Made by a program: the position numbers and the translations under genes
Notes under the pieces: generated by a model
Seen by the model: the letters and a program-made list of their open reading frames with translations, nothing else
Told to the model about the DNA's origin: nothing
The model's database searches: none
Assembly: GCA_035193785.1 (NCBI GenBank)
Contig: CP136572.1
Coordinates: forward strand, 4,148,578-4,212,577
Length of the DNA stretch: 64,000 nucleotides
Direction: 5' to 3'
Origin: Planktothrix sp. GU0601_MAG3
GTDB lineage: Bacteria; Cyanobacteriota; Cyanobacteriia; Cyanobacteriales; Microcoleaceae
Shown here: positions 1 to 10,472 of the stretch, one piece after another
Position numbering within the stretch: the first letter of the stretch is position 1
Layout of the letters: each line of letters begins with the position of its first letter

Positions 1-612
1 TAAAATCAATATCCGCCGTTAGGAGTTTATAGAGTTCTTGGGTGGGTTCTAAAAATTCAATGCGATCGCGGACTAACCCATATAAATATTCTAAAAAACC
101 ATTCATCTGACTAACGGTTAAGGGCGGTGTCTCCACCAACCCAAATTCCGCCGCTGTGGGTTTCTGAGTTGGCGGATTCAATAACCAACGGCGATGGGAT
201 TCTAACTTTTTAATTTGAGCATAGCCATAGCCAGAATAGGTTTGTTTAACTTTTTTAGATAAAAAAATCTGACGATGTTCTCTCAATCGTTCCCCAACTT
301 CCGTCAAATGAACATAGTCTTTAAACCATAATAATTCTAAAATATTAGGGTTATTATCAATCAAGAGTTTCAGAATTTTTTTTAATTCATATAAACAGGT
401 ATCTTTAGATAAAAAGGGAAACTTTGCCGAGGGTTTTCTGTCTCCCAACCCTGATCTTTTTGTTCAATAATATTAAATCCTAAATAATAGGGTTCGCTGG
501 CAATAAATACCCCACGATAATCATAATCAGATGTGGGTGTATCCAGTCCATAACCCCGGGAACCCGTCAATACCAGTAAAATTGTCCGGTTTTCAATCTC
601 TAAACGATTCAT
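1..612 (-). CDS. DNA polymerase beta-superfamily nucleotidyltransferase (YcgL-like); runs off window start; apparent frameshift near 418-438
   Basis: GSRGYGLDTPTSDYDYRGVF motif; the shifted frame continues ...YELKKILKLLIDNNPNILELLW. Confidence 0.8.
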
Positions 613-615
613 AGG

Positions 616-654
616 GAATTACGAATTACGAATTACGAATTACGAATTACGAAT
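616..654. repeat. STRR heptamer tandem repeat (GAATTAC)x5.5
   Basis: Directly visible. Confidence 0.95.
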
Positions 655-717
655 AGTTATTAGCCACCAGATCCTGATTAGTGATCTGTAGCAAACACTT
701 AGGGATTTCATATAAGA

Positions 718-763
718 TGAAAAGAACCCCCCTCAATATTGATTCAGGCGGGTTCATTTTCAT
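718..763 (-). terminator. Putative intrinsic terminator hairpin downstream of the RRM gene
   Basis: Imperfect inverted repeat atgaaaagaacccccct...aggcgggttcattttcat. Confidence 0.55.
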
Positions 764-782
764 GCAAACAAAGTTAATAGAA

Positions 783-1313
783 TTAAGGGTTGGCGGCTTG
801 GGCAGCTAGAATTTGTTTGAGTTTTTCTAATTCATTAGCCCAACGAGGATCGGGTTGGAAGGAATCATCACCACTGGTTCTCGATGTGGAAGTTTGACCA
901 CCGGAAGAATGTTTTGATTTCTTGTTCCGGCTTTTACCAGCCCCACCACTTTTGGGCATATTACCCGATGATTTAACCGGTTGTTGAACCGGCTGTTGCT
1001 GTTGTTGGGGTTGATCGTCTTCCCCACCATTTTCGCCCTCACCAACACCGTCTCCTTTTCCTTTTTTCCGAGGTAATGCTTTTTCTATTTTTAAAGCATT
1101 TTCTCTAAACATTACCCCGTTATATTTTTCAACAATTTGATCCGCTACTTCATCGGTCTGCACCGTTACAAATCCAAAACCCCGACATTTGCCAGTTTTG
1201 CGATCGGTAATTACCTTAGCAGAAACGGTATCTCCTTCTTCTGCAAAGACATCTTGTAATTCTTTGCGTTCTAATTCTTTAGGAAGATTACCAATATAAA
1301 GACGAACGGACAT
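783..1313 (-). CDS. Class II cyanobacterial RRM RNA-binding protein (Rbp3/RbpG-like)
   Basis: RNP2 LYIGNL, RNP1 RGFGFV, conserved C-terminal QPDPRWANELEKLK; GGAGG RBS upstream of ATG 1313. Confidence 0.9.
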   Translation of the reverse strand: MSVRLYIGNLPKELERKELQDVFAEEGDTVSAKVITDRKTGKCRGFGFVTVQTDEVADQIVEKYNGVMFRENALKIEKALPRKKGKGDGVGEGENGGEDDQPQQQQQPVQQPVKSSGNMPKSGGAGKSRNKKSKHSSGGQTSTSRTSGDDSFQPDPRWANELEKLKQILAAQAANP

Positions 1314-2010
1314 AAGTAGAAACCTCCAAGTTAAATGAAAAATAAGTAAACGAAACCATCCCCAACCTGTGTTATTTAAACACACAAATTGAGAATCAAC
1401 CCCTGGCTATCAGCACTGGGGCTGGTTAAATTAAACTCAACAACCAACTCCATCTTAAAATTAAGATAAAGTCCTATTATTCTCTCCATGTTGAACTTAT
1501 CATGTAGGTAAAGCCGGTTTGCTTGGTTGTTTTGTAAACTTTTTGCCATCTGTCAAAACTTAATGCTATAGAGTTTTGTTATCTCTGTGTTCAAAAATAG
1601 ATTTAACTTCCTATAGCTAAAACCATATAAAGTTAACTCACGCTCTTGTTAACTTCCTGACTTTGCATTGCCAATAGTTGATCACAGCATTCAACAAAAA
1701 TTGGATCATTTCTTTAAGTTGCTGCTTCGCCTCGTATCAGTCAGGCTATTGGGTGGAACCTAGAACCTTTGCTATTGGGTTTTCCAGTACCAGATCGTCA
1801 TAAGACAATCTCTATGATAGCACATCCTGGAATATAGTTCTAGGGTTCTGCCAAGATTTTCGCATTTAATTTGGCGAACTTTCTGAACCTTCATCAACTG
1901 AGTAATCAGAATCACTCTATCCAAAAAGGAATAAAGTTATTTTGACTCTTTGGTTAAAGAATGTATCACTAATCGGTCAAAAAAAGCAATCTTTCTGGAT
2001 CAACTTCCTT

Positions 2011-4624
2011 TTACCAGCCGCCTTGAGACGCCAGGTAAACCCCCCAGAGGGTGAGAATCACCGCTAAAATCGTTGACCCCAGGGGATGTCCCCCCCGTAG
2101 GACTGTCCTAGAATCAGGGGTTTCTAGGGTTTCCACATCCACCCAGGGCGTTGCTCCCCGTCGCCACCATCCCGTTACCTTAATTGTTTGAGTGATCAAC
2201 TCCTGGGGGTGACGAATGCTGGGTAAAAAATTGGTTAGGGGGGTTTTTTCGGGGAGATAATGGAGTTTGACGACGCCGCTTGGGGTTTGTAGGATTAAAT
2301 CTTGAGCAAAGGTATTTTTTAAACCGCTTCGACCGAGAAGTTTACCCGTTAAACAAATCGGTTGACTATCAACGGGAATCGTCTGGGGGTTGACCACCAA
2401 ATCCGATAAGTTAGGTTGATTTAAAATATTAGTGGATTTGATTTCGGGAAAAAAGGAATTAATCCGAGTTAAAATACCTAAGCCACAGCCAATGGCAATT
2501 GAACCCACCATAATCCAATAGTCCCCCCATAACCATTCTAATTGCCATAGTCCTAAAAGAGAACATAGTCCCCCCATTAACCAAATGATTCCCCCAATGA
2601 TCATTCCGGCGGGAATGCCAAAAAACGGCGCTCCTTGTAGTAATAAGGGGGAATTGTTGGTGAGTAATTTGGGGGGTTTAGCTGGGGTAATATTTGATAG
2701 ATCAAATTCCGGTTCTAATTTCCAATAATTTGCATAAAAGCCGAGGATTTTTAAGCGCTCTCCGATTAGGGGATGGGATTGATTTAAGGTTAATTCGGGG
2801 GTATAGCAATTAGTTAAATCCCAGGTTAATAAGGAATTGATTGATCTGTAAGCTGTTAAACTACCAAAGGTTAAAGCCTGTTGATGATTGATCGGAATCA
2901 ATCTATCAAAAGATTCTAACAGAAAGTTGGTTTTTCCCTGGGTTTGAATAGTTTGGGATAATTTTATCGTAATTTTCAATAAGGCACGACTTAAAGCATT
3001 AGGATTTCCGGTGAGGTTACAGGCGATGCGATCGCTATAATAAACTCGACGACGGGATAAATACAAGGAGGGAAATCTTAAAAGTTTATATAATCCATAA
3101 CATAACGGACAAATAAAAACAGCGATCGCCTGCAAAATTTGATGTAAAATCCCTCGGATACTGGCGGGAATCGGAATATTAAGATCGGGTAATTTTTCGG
3201 TTAATTCTGCTAAATACCAATAAATTAAATAGGGAATTTGACTGACCATGGTAGCCAAAGACATCACCGCGAAATCCCATTCCCCGATGGTCGCAATTTC
3301 CCGAGCAAATAGGACGGCGATTTCATCTTCTGTTAATTGCTCTAATAATCCTTGACTTACCACAATTCGGGCAAATCGTCGCAAATTTCCATAGGAAAAA
3401 ATCACCGGATCATCAATGGGTAATAGTTTGATTTCAGGCACTTTGAATTTTTGCTTTTGGCAATAATTTCTTAATAGTTTATTGGTTTCTTGACTCTGAT
3501 TAAATAATGTAGTTAAAGGTAAAGGTTTTAATCCATAACTCAGTGTTAACAATCTATCCCATAACCAAGGTAAGAAGATAAATAAAATCAATAGGGTAAT
3601 ATAAACTCCTTGGGTGGGATTCTGATAAAATAAAGGAATCGGTTGTACAATAGGCAGCCAAGATAAACCATTATTTGTGAGTTTCATTAATTCCTCTAAT
3701 AAATGAGGAGTTAACCAAAGCAGGGCTAAAAAGGTGAGGAAAAGTTCCCCAAATAATCGGGACTTTTGCCAAATCCAACCCACAGCAAAAACAAATAAAA
3801 TAATCAAAATAATTTGCCAAGGTTGACGGGATAATTGTCCCCAAGGATTTAAAATTGGTTGCCAAATCCAAATTTGATTTAAACTATTATTAATAAAAGC
3901 CAAAACAATCGGAATAAACCAAGTTAAACCGACAGCCATTAATAATTGTTCTAGTTTAAAGGGACTCAATTGTAAGGATTTCAGTTTTTGCCAATTCGTA
4001 GCTCGTCCGGCTTGTCGCCATTGCCATTCTTGAAACCGGAGGCGGGGGTGGCGGCTGCATAATTTCCGGTTCTAAATTAATAGGAGAATCGGGAATTTTT
4101 TCTTTAAAATTTGGGGAAACTTTTTCGGTTTTTTTGAGGTTTAAAGATGGGGGTTGAGATAAAGAAGGATGGGGGGATTTTTTTGCAGGTGGCGGGGAGG
4201 AAAGTTTAGGATTTTTGGCTAGGGTCGATTTAGCTTTTGCGGGTTGTAGATTAGGATTTAACGGGATAAAACCCGTTTCTGTAGGAGGGGGTAATTCTGG
4301 AGGTTGAGACTCAATATTAGGACTAATATTTTGGGGCTTAGGGGGATAGCGTTTTAATAATTGTTTTAAATAATCCGTAGCCCAATTTTTAATATTTTCC
4401 TGCGGAGATTGAGTTAAACTCTGACATAAATTAATCGCTAATTTAGTATTTCTTGTGCGTTCATAAGCAATCACCAACCCCATTTTCGCCTTAAATTGAC
4501 CCGAACTATTAGATTGAGCAATGGGTTCTAAAAAAGCGATCGCCTGTTGATAATTCTTCTGTTTTAACGCTGCTAATCCTGATGTTAAATCCGACGAATT
4601 GGGGGGTAGATTGGAGGAAGACAT
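2011..4624 (-). CDS. M48/HtpX-like membrane zinc-metalloprotease family protein with N-terminal TPR-like and Pro-rich region (frameshift ~4034)
   Basis: IVVSQGLLEQLTEDEIA, DRIACNLTGNPNAL and SHP motifs; two ORFs join on removing one base. Confidence 0.8.
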
Positions 4625-4896
4625 AGGAGAAATTAAGAACTAAAACAAATTAACATTCACGGTTTAAGGGGAAAACCCATACCCTAAAATCATAAAAATG
4701 ATTGATTCGATCTCATCTAAAGGGTTAAAAATTGATGGAAAGCACAATAAATCCTATTGTACCCATTTTCTTGATCAAAATATCTTAAAATTACTTTGAT
4801 TACATATTTTAATCAACTTTCTTCTCGGAAAAAAAAATAAACCTGACATTTGATCCCCACGGAGTGATAAAATGGCTTGGCTCAAAATCAGCTATT

Positions 4897-5761
4897 ATGG
4901 ATATAAATTACTTATTTCTAGCATTTCAATTTACCTCTCCCGGCCCCATCATCTTTGAAATCGGGCCGTTATCAATTCGGTGGTATGGCTTGTTAATTGC
5001 CTCGGCGGTCTTGATTGGAGTATCCTTATCTGGGTATCTTGCCAGTCGTCGCCAAATTGATCCCGAACTAATTGGAGATTTAGCTATTTGGTTAGTAATT
5101 GGAGCGATTCCTTTTGCTAGATTGTATTATGTGCTATTTCAATGGGAAAGTTATGCTGATAATCCTGGGGATATTATGGCAATTTGGAAGGGAGGAATTG
5201 CCATTCATGGAGCAATTATCGGCGGATTAATAGCCACTTTACTATTTGCTAAAATTAAACAAATTCCCTTTTGGCAATTAACCGATATAATTGCCCCTTC
5301 TTTGATTTTAGGTCAAGCTATCGGTAGATGGGGTAACTTTTTTAATTCTGAAGCCTTCGGAAGTCCCACGGATTTACCTTGGAAACTTTATATTCCCCTG
5401 GAAACGCCGCCCTAGTGGTTTTGAATCCTACGAATATTTTCACCCAACTTTTTTATATGAATCCCTGTGGAATTTAACTATATTTGCCCTATTAATTACC
5501 TTATTTTTAAAAGGTTTAAAAGGCAAACATACTCTAAAATCAGGGACAATATTCTTGGTCTATTTATTGACCTATAGTTTGGGTAGAATTTGGATTGAAG
5601 GATTACGCACGGATAGTTTAATGTTAGGGTATTTAAAAATGGCTCAACTGGTTAGTTTGACCGGGATGATGTTAGGATTATTCGGTTTAATTTGGTTATA
5701 TGGATTGAAGCGAACTTTACCCGATATTGTGCAGAAATCCCATCCTTCAGACTCCGAATAA
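4897..5761 (+). CDS. lgt: Prolipoprotein diacylglyceryl transferase (frameshift ~5403)
   Basis: [27 protein letters not shown] and HPTFLYES motifs. Confidence 0.95.
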
Positions 5762-5810
5762 AAAAGCCCTAGACTTAACTGCCAGGGCTTCAACCAGGGT
5801 GCATCTACCA
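5760..5810 (-). ncRNA. NsiR1-like small RNA
   Basis: Minus strand reads TGGTAGATGCACCCTGGTTG then a GC hairpin (AAGCCCTGG...CTAGGGCTT) and a U-tract; 5' GGTAGATGCACC matches the NsiR1 core as recalled; TCCGGA lies at -35. Confidence 0.7.
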
Positions 5811-5839
5811 TTGTTGTCTTCTCAGTGGCTCAGTTGAGA

Positions 5840-5845
5840 TCCGGA
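5840..5845 (-). promoter_or_regulatory. DIF1-type TCCGGA motif at -35..-30 of the NsiR1-like RNA
   Basis: Palindrome TCCGGA 30-35 nt upstream of the predicted 5' end (5810). Confidence 0.65.
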
Positions 5846-5887
5846 AAAATTAGAAATCAATCGTCAATTGTGGAGAATTAAAACATC

Positions 5888-6676
5888 ATGGAACCGGATA
5901 TCATATTACTCAAACCTGCGGTTTATATTGTTGGAGCCGGCCCTGGTGATCCAGAATTATTAACCGTGAAAGCCCAAAGATTATTAGCCTCGGCGGATGT
6001 AATTGTATTTGCCGATTCTTTGGTTCCTGAACAGATTTTAACAGGGGTGCGGGCGGAGGCAGAATTAATTAAAACCTCTGATAAAACCCTAGAAGAAATC
6101 GTTCCATTTATGATTCAAAGAGTCCATCAAGGGCGTTCTGTTGTTAGATTGCATTCGGGTGATCCGAGTTTATATGGGGCTATTTATGAGCAAATACAAC
6201 AGCTAATAGAGGCAGAAATTGAGTTTGAAATTGTTCCTGGAATTAGTGCTTTTCAAGATGCAGCGGCTAAATTAAAAATAGAATTAACTGTCCCAGAATT
6301 AGTGCAAACGATTATTTTAACCCGGGTTAGTGGGAGAGCAACTGGTGTTCCTGCGGATGAGGAATTGGAAAGTTTAGCGGCTCATAAAGCTAGTTTATGT
6401 TTATATTTGAGTGCGCGTTATGTGGAGGAAACTCAGCAAAAGTTAATCAAATATTATCCCGCAGAAATGCCGATTGCTATTTGTTATCGTTTGGGATGGC
6501 CAGATGAAAAAATCCGGGTAGTTCCCTTAGAAAAAATGGCACAAGTTACCCAGGAGGAAAACTTAATTAGAACCACCCTTTATGTTATTAGTCCCGCTTT
6601 AGCAAAAACGCCCCACAATTCAACTTTAAGATCTAAATTATATAATCCCGAACACTCCCATTTATTTCGTCCTTAG
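5888..6676 (+). CDS. cobM: Precorrin-4 C11-methyltransferase
   Basis: VYIVGAGPGDPELLT, RLHSGDPSLYGA, LTVPELVQTIILTR. Confidence 0.93.
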   Translation: MEPDIILLKPAVYIVGAGPGDPELLTVKAQRLLASADVIVFADSLVPEQILTGVRAEAELIKTSDKTLEEIVPFMIQRVHQGRSVVRLHSGDPSLYGAIYEQIQQLIEAEIEFEIVPGISAFQDAAAKLKIELTVPELVQTIILTRVSGRATGVPADEELESLAAHKASLCLYLSARYVEETQQKLIKYYPAEMPIAICYRLGWPDEKIRVVPLEKMAQVTQEENLIRTTLYVISPALAKTPHNSTLRSKLYNPEHSHLFRP

Positions 6677-6693
6677 AGGAGTAATGAATACTT

Positions 6694-7507
6694 ATGAATT
6701 TTAATCAAAAAAATATTATTATTACTGGGGGTTCCAGTGGAATTGGGAAAGCAACGGCTCAATTGTTAGTGAGTTTAGGGGCAAATGTAACCCTGATTGC
6801 TCGAAATCAAACTACCCTTGACCAAGCTCAAAAAGAAATTGAGGCGGTAAAATTAAATCAAAAGCAAAAAATTGTTACCCTTTCGGCGGATATTTCGGTG
6901 CTAGAAGAAGCCGAAAATATAATAGAAAAAGCCATTAATCTTTTGGGAGGTGTGGATATTTTAATACTCTCGGCGGGTATCGCCTATCCGGGGTATTTTA
7001 GAGAACTTCCGATCGCAGTTTTTGAACAAACAATGGCGGTTAATTATTGGGGATCTTTGTATTGTATTCGAGAAGTTTTACCTACAATGATAGCACAAAA
7101 ACAGGGTAAAATTATTATGATTTCATCGGGGGCTGGATTAATTGGCATTTATGGTTATACCGCCTATAGTCCTACTAAATTTGCCCTCAGAGGATTAGCA
7201 GAATCCTTGCGAGGGGAATTAAAACCTTTGGGAATACAGGTTTCTATTGTTTATCCCCCAGATACTAATACCCCGCAATTAATCGCTGAAAATAAAACTA
7301 AACCCTTAGAAACAAAAGCCATTACTGGAAACCGTAAAACCTTGGGAACCGGAGGATATTGCTCAAGAAATTATTAAGGGAATGAATAAAAATAAATTTG
7401 CGATCGCTCCTGGATTAGAAATTAAACTTCTAAATACTTTCCATAGTTTACTCCTTCCCCTCTTAAATCGCTATTTTGATGATCTCATCCAACAGATAAA
7501 AAGTTAA
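6694..7507 (+). CDS. SDR oxidoreductase, 3-ketodihydrosphingosine-reductase-like (frameshift ~7330)
   Basis: TGGSSGIG, YSPTK catalytic motif, YPPDTNTP. Confidence 0.85.
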
Positions 7508-7579
7508 ATTAGGGTTAAGATTTATCCCAAGTTTAACAATTTATATAACACTTTAGTTCAACGGGTAAATCATTGATAA

Positions 7580-7607
7580 GTAGGGGCGAATGGCCATTCG
7601 CCCCTAC
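7580..7607. repeat. Perfect 28-bp GTAG-type REP-like palindrome
   Basis: gtaggggcgaatggccattcgcccctac. Confidence 0.85.
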
Positions 7608-7818
7608 CGCCTATTTGTTTTCGAGAAAGTTTTTGTTGTTTCCGTTTGAGATTACGCTCATGTTTAGCAAAGTGTTTGGGATTACTGTATTTTGATATAG
7701 CCCCTTCCCTGTTGTTTTATAGGTTTCTTGACACAAGTTCAGAGTATAATTCCAATACCAACGGCAACAGCCAAAACTTTAGAACTTTTAATTATTATTC
7801 CATGGGGAGTAAAAAACC

Positions 7819-9247
7819 ATGATTAAACCTTTCAAAAATCGCACCAAAATTGTTGCTACCATCGGCCCAGCGAGTAAATCCCCAGAAATTATTCGTCAAA
7901 TGCTGAATGCGGGAATGAATGTCGCTCGATTAAATTTTTCCCATGGCAGTTATGAAGATCATGGGGAAATGGTAAAATTGCTGCGACAAGTTGCTAAAGA
8001 ATGTGATACTCCGATTACCTTATTACAGGATTTACAGGGGCCAAAAATTCGGATTGGTCTGCTACCATCGGGAGAAATAGAATTAGTTGAAGGTGAATTA
8101 TTAACCTTAGTTCCCATTGATAGTTTTGACAATCAACCGAATACCGTTTCCCATTGATTATCCCTATTTAGCAGAAGAAGCCCAACCCGGAGCGCAAGTT
8201 TTACTTGATGATGGATTATTAGAATTAAAAATAGAAGAAATTCAAGGAAATTCCGTTCAATGTCGCATTATTGAAGGAGGAACCTTAAAAAGTCGTAAAG
8301 GGGTGAATTTACCCAGTTTAATTTTGCGTCTTCCATCCTTAACGGAGAAAGATATACAGGATTTAGACTTTGGGATTTCTCAAGGAATAGACTGGATTTC
8401 CCTAAGTTTTGTTCGTCGGGCTGAGGATGTTATCGCCTTAAAAACATTATTAGCTGAAAAGGGGGCTTCGGAAATTCCAGTGATTGCTAAAATCGAAAAA
8501 CCCCAAGCGATTGCCAACTTAGAATTAATTGTTAATGAATGTGATGGTTTAATGGTAGCCCGGGGGGATTTAGGAGTAGAAATGAGTCCCGAAAAAGTCC
8601 CCTTATTGCAAAAACAAATCATTCGGATGTGTAATCAAAAAGGAATTCCAGTGATTACCGCAACCCAAATGTTAGATAGTATGATTCACAGTCCCCGTCC
8701 GACTCGCGCCGAAGCCAGTGATGTTGCGAATGCAATTATTGATGGTACGGATGCGGTGATGTTATCGGGAGAATCAGCCGTGGGTAAATTTCCGGTGAAA
8801 TCCGTAGAAATGTTATCGAAAATTGCCAGTGATGTTGAACCGGAAATTGAATTTAAAAATTATCCTGCGGTGATGTCTGATGAAACCCATGCTTTAAGTG
8901 AAGCGTTGAATATCATTGATAAAACCCTGAAATTACATTGTATTGTTGCCTATACCAGTAGCGGATATACGGCAATTTTAGCCGCAGGAGAACGCCCCAA
9001 GGTTCCGGTTGTTGCCCTGACTCCCAACCATAAAGTCTATCACCGTTTAAACTTAGTTTGGGGTGTTAAACCGATTTTATTAGAACATCAAGTTGATTCT
9101 TTTGAAGGGTTAATTGATCTCGCCCAAACTAAATTATTAGACCGGAATTTAGCTCAAGTCGGAGATAGAATTCTAATTATTGGGGGGGTTCCAACTAAGA
9201 AAGCTCGGGGTACAAATTTCTTAAAAATTCACACGATTGCGGATTAA
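7819..9247 (+). CDS. pyk: Pyruvate kinase (frameshift ~8148)
   Basis: [45 protein letters not shown]. Confidence 0.97.
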
Positions 9248-9307
9248 TATTTCTCGCCCCGACCAACTCCCTAACTAACGATAATTCTCCTTACTTGTAG
9301 TAACTAT

Positions 9308-9498
9308 CAGGGCTGTTTCATTCTTTGTTGGGGCAATCCCCCCGTGGTTGCCCCAATCCCTGAAACGCCTGCCAATCTTGGATGGGGAGGGTAGGCACGG
9401 GGGCACTACCCCTACAAAACCCTGGTTTCCCTGAGAGGGTAGGCACGGGGGCACTACCCCTACAAAACCCTGGTTTCCCTGAGAATAAAACAGCCCTG
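9308..9498. mobile_element. MITE-like element with 16-bp TIRs, REP-like hairpins and an internal ~48-bp tandem duplication
   Basis: cagggctgtttcattc ... gaataaaacagccctg (one mismatch); gagggtaggcacgggggcactacccctacaaaaccctggtttccctga occurs twice. Confidence 0.7.
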
Positions 9499-9504
9499 GG
9501 GTAA

Positions 9505-9608
9505 CTATAGCGCTACGCATTACAGTTAGAACAATTCTAAATCCAGCTAATTCATTCACTGCTTACTGTTCCGATGTTTCGGTGTTCTAAGAGTGCGTAG
9601 TGCTATAG
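9505..9608. mobile_element. Short MITE-like element of the TATAGC...GCTATA family
   Basis: TIRs ctatagcgctacgca / tgcgtagtgctatag; inner ttagaaca / tgttctaa. Confidence 0.7.
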
Positions 9609-9681
9609 GTTAAAACAGGTTAAAATAAGTGTTAGGTGATTGCCTGAACTGCGCTTACACACCCTACGATTGAGGTTAATT

Positions 9682-10327
9682 ATGGAATCTATTATTAAAC
9701 TTTCGGCCCTGAATACCAGTTTAATCGAAATTCGTTTAATTGAAGGTCGGGATGAAGCGTATATTCGGGTGAATGAACATTATTTTTCTTTGGTAACGGG
9801 GCAAAAAATTAATATTTCTTCTGCATTACAAGAAGGGGTTAATTTATTAAACTTGATGATTAAGACCTATCCGCTTATAGAACGAATTTGGAGAGGGTTA
9901 TTTGGTCAAGATTGGTGTGGACGTTTTGAACTTTATATTGATGGAAAATTACGCGGAACCTATAATCAAAATGGCGGTGTGTTTCTCGGTTTCTCGTGAA
10001 TATACCGTTGCTCAAATTGAACTCAATATTACTCCTGAGCCCCCCCGCCCTGATCTGCAAACAGAACTTTTAGAAATTATTAATCGTTTACAAAATATTC
10101 CAGGGATGACCCCAGCTAATTCTGGGGATGTTCAATATTCTACTGCTTATATTCTCCTAAAGAATAAATTTAAGATTAATATGTGGAAAAACTTGGCAGG
10201 GGTTGATCATGTCTTTGTCCTTGATTCTTCAGGAAATTGTTGTTTTGCGGGTTATGTGGGATGGATTCATGCTCAAAAATTCTATCGATCTTTACAGAAA
10301 ATTCGAGATAATTTTTCTGGAGTTTAA
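9682..10327 (+). CDS. Hypothetical protein (frameshift ~9991)
   Basis: ORFs 9640-9999 and 9902-10327 join on removing one T; start uncertain. Confidence 0.6.
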
Positions 10328-10364
10328 GGAGAAATCAGTTTTAATTTAATCATTTAATTAAATC

Positions 10365-10465
10365 AGGACTTACGCACAAGACCAAAGAAACCGGGTTTCT
10401 AGCCCTGATTTTGCGGATGAAATCGATGATTTCTCGTTCAGAAACCCAGTTTCTGCGTAAGTCCT
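10365..10465. mobile_element. ~100-bp MITE/dispersed repeat with AGGACTTACGCA TIRs (copy 1)
   Basis: Perfect 12-bp TIRs; related copies at 24160, 52601 and 55660. Confidence 0.85.
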
Positions 10466-10472
10466 ATAAATA

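Noticed and set aside
9387..9484. Possible mini-CRISPR array
   Set aside because: Two head-to-tail identical units with no unique spacer and no cas genes.
9275..9559. 94-aa ORF
   Set aside because: Lies wholly within MITE/REP repeats.
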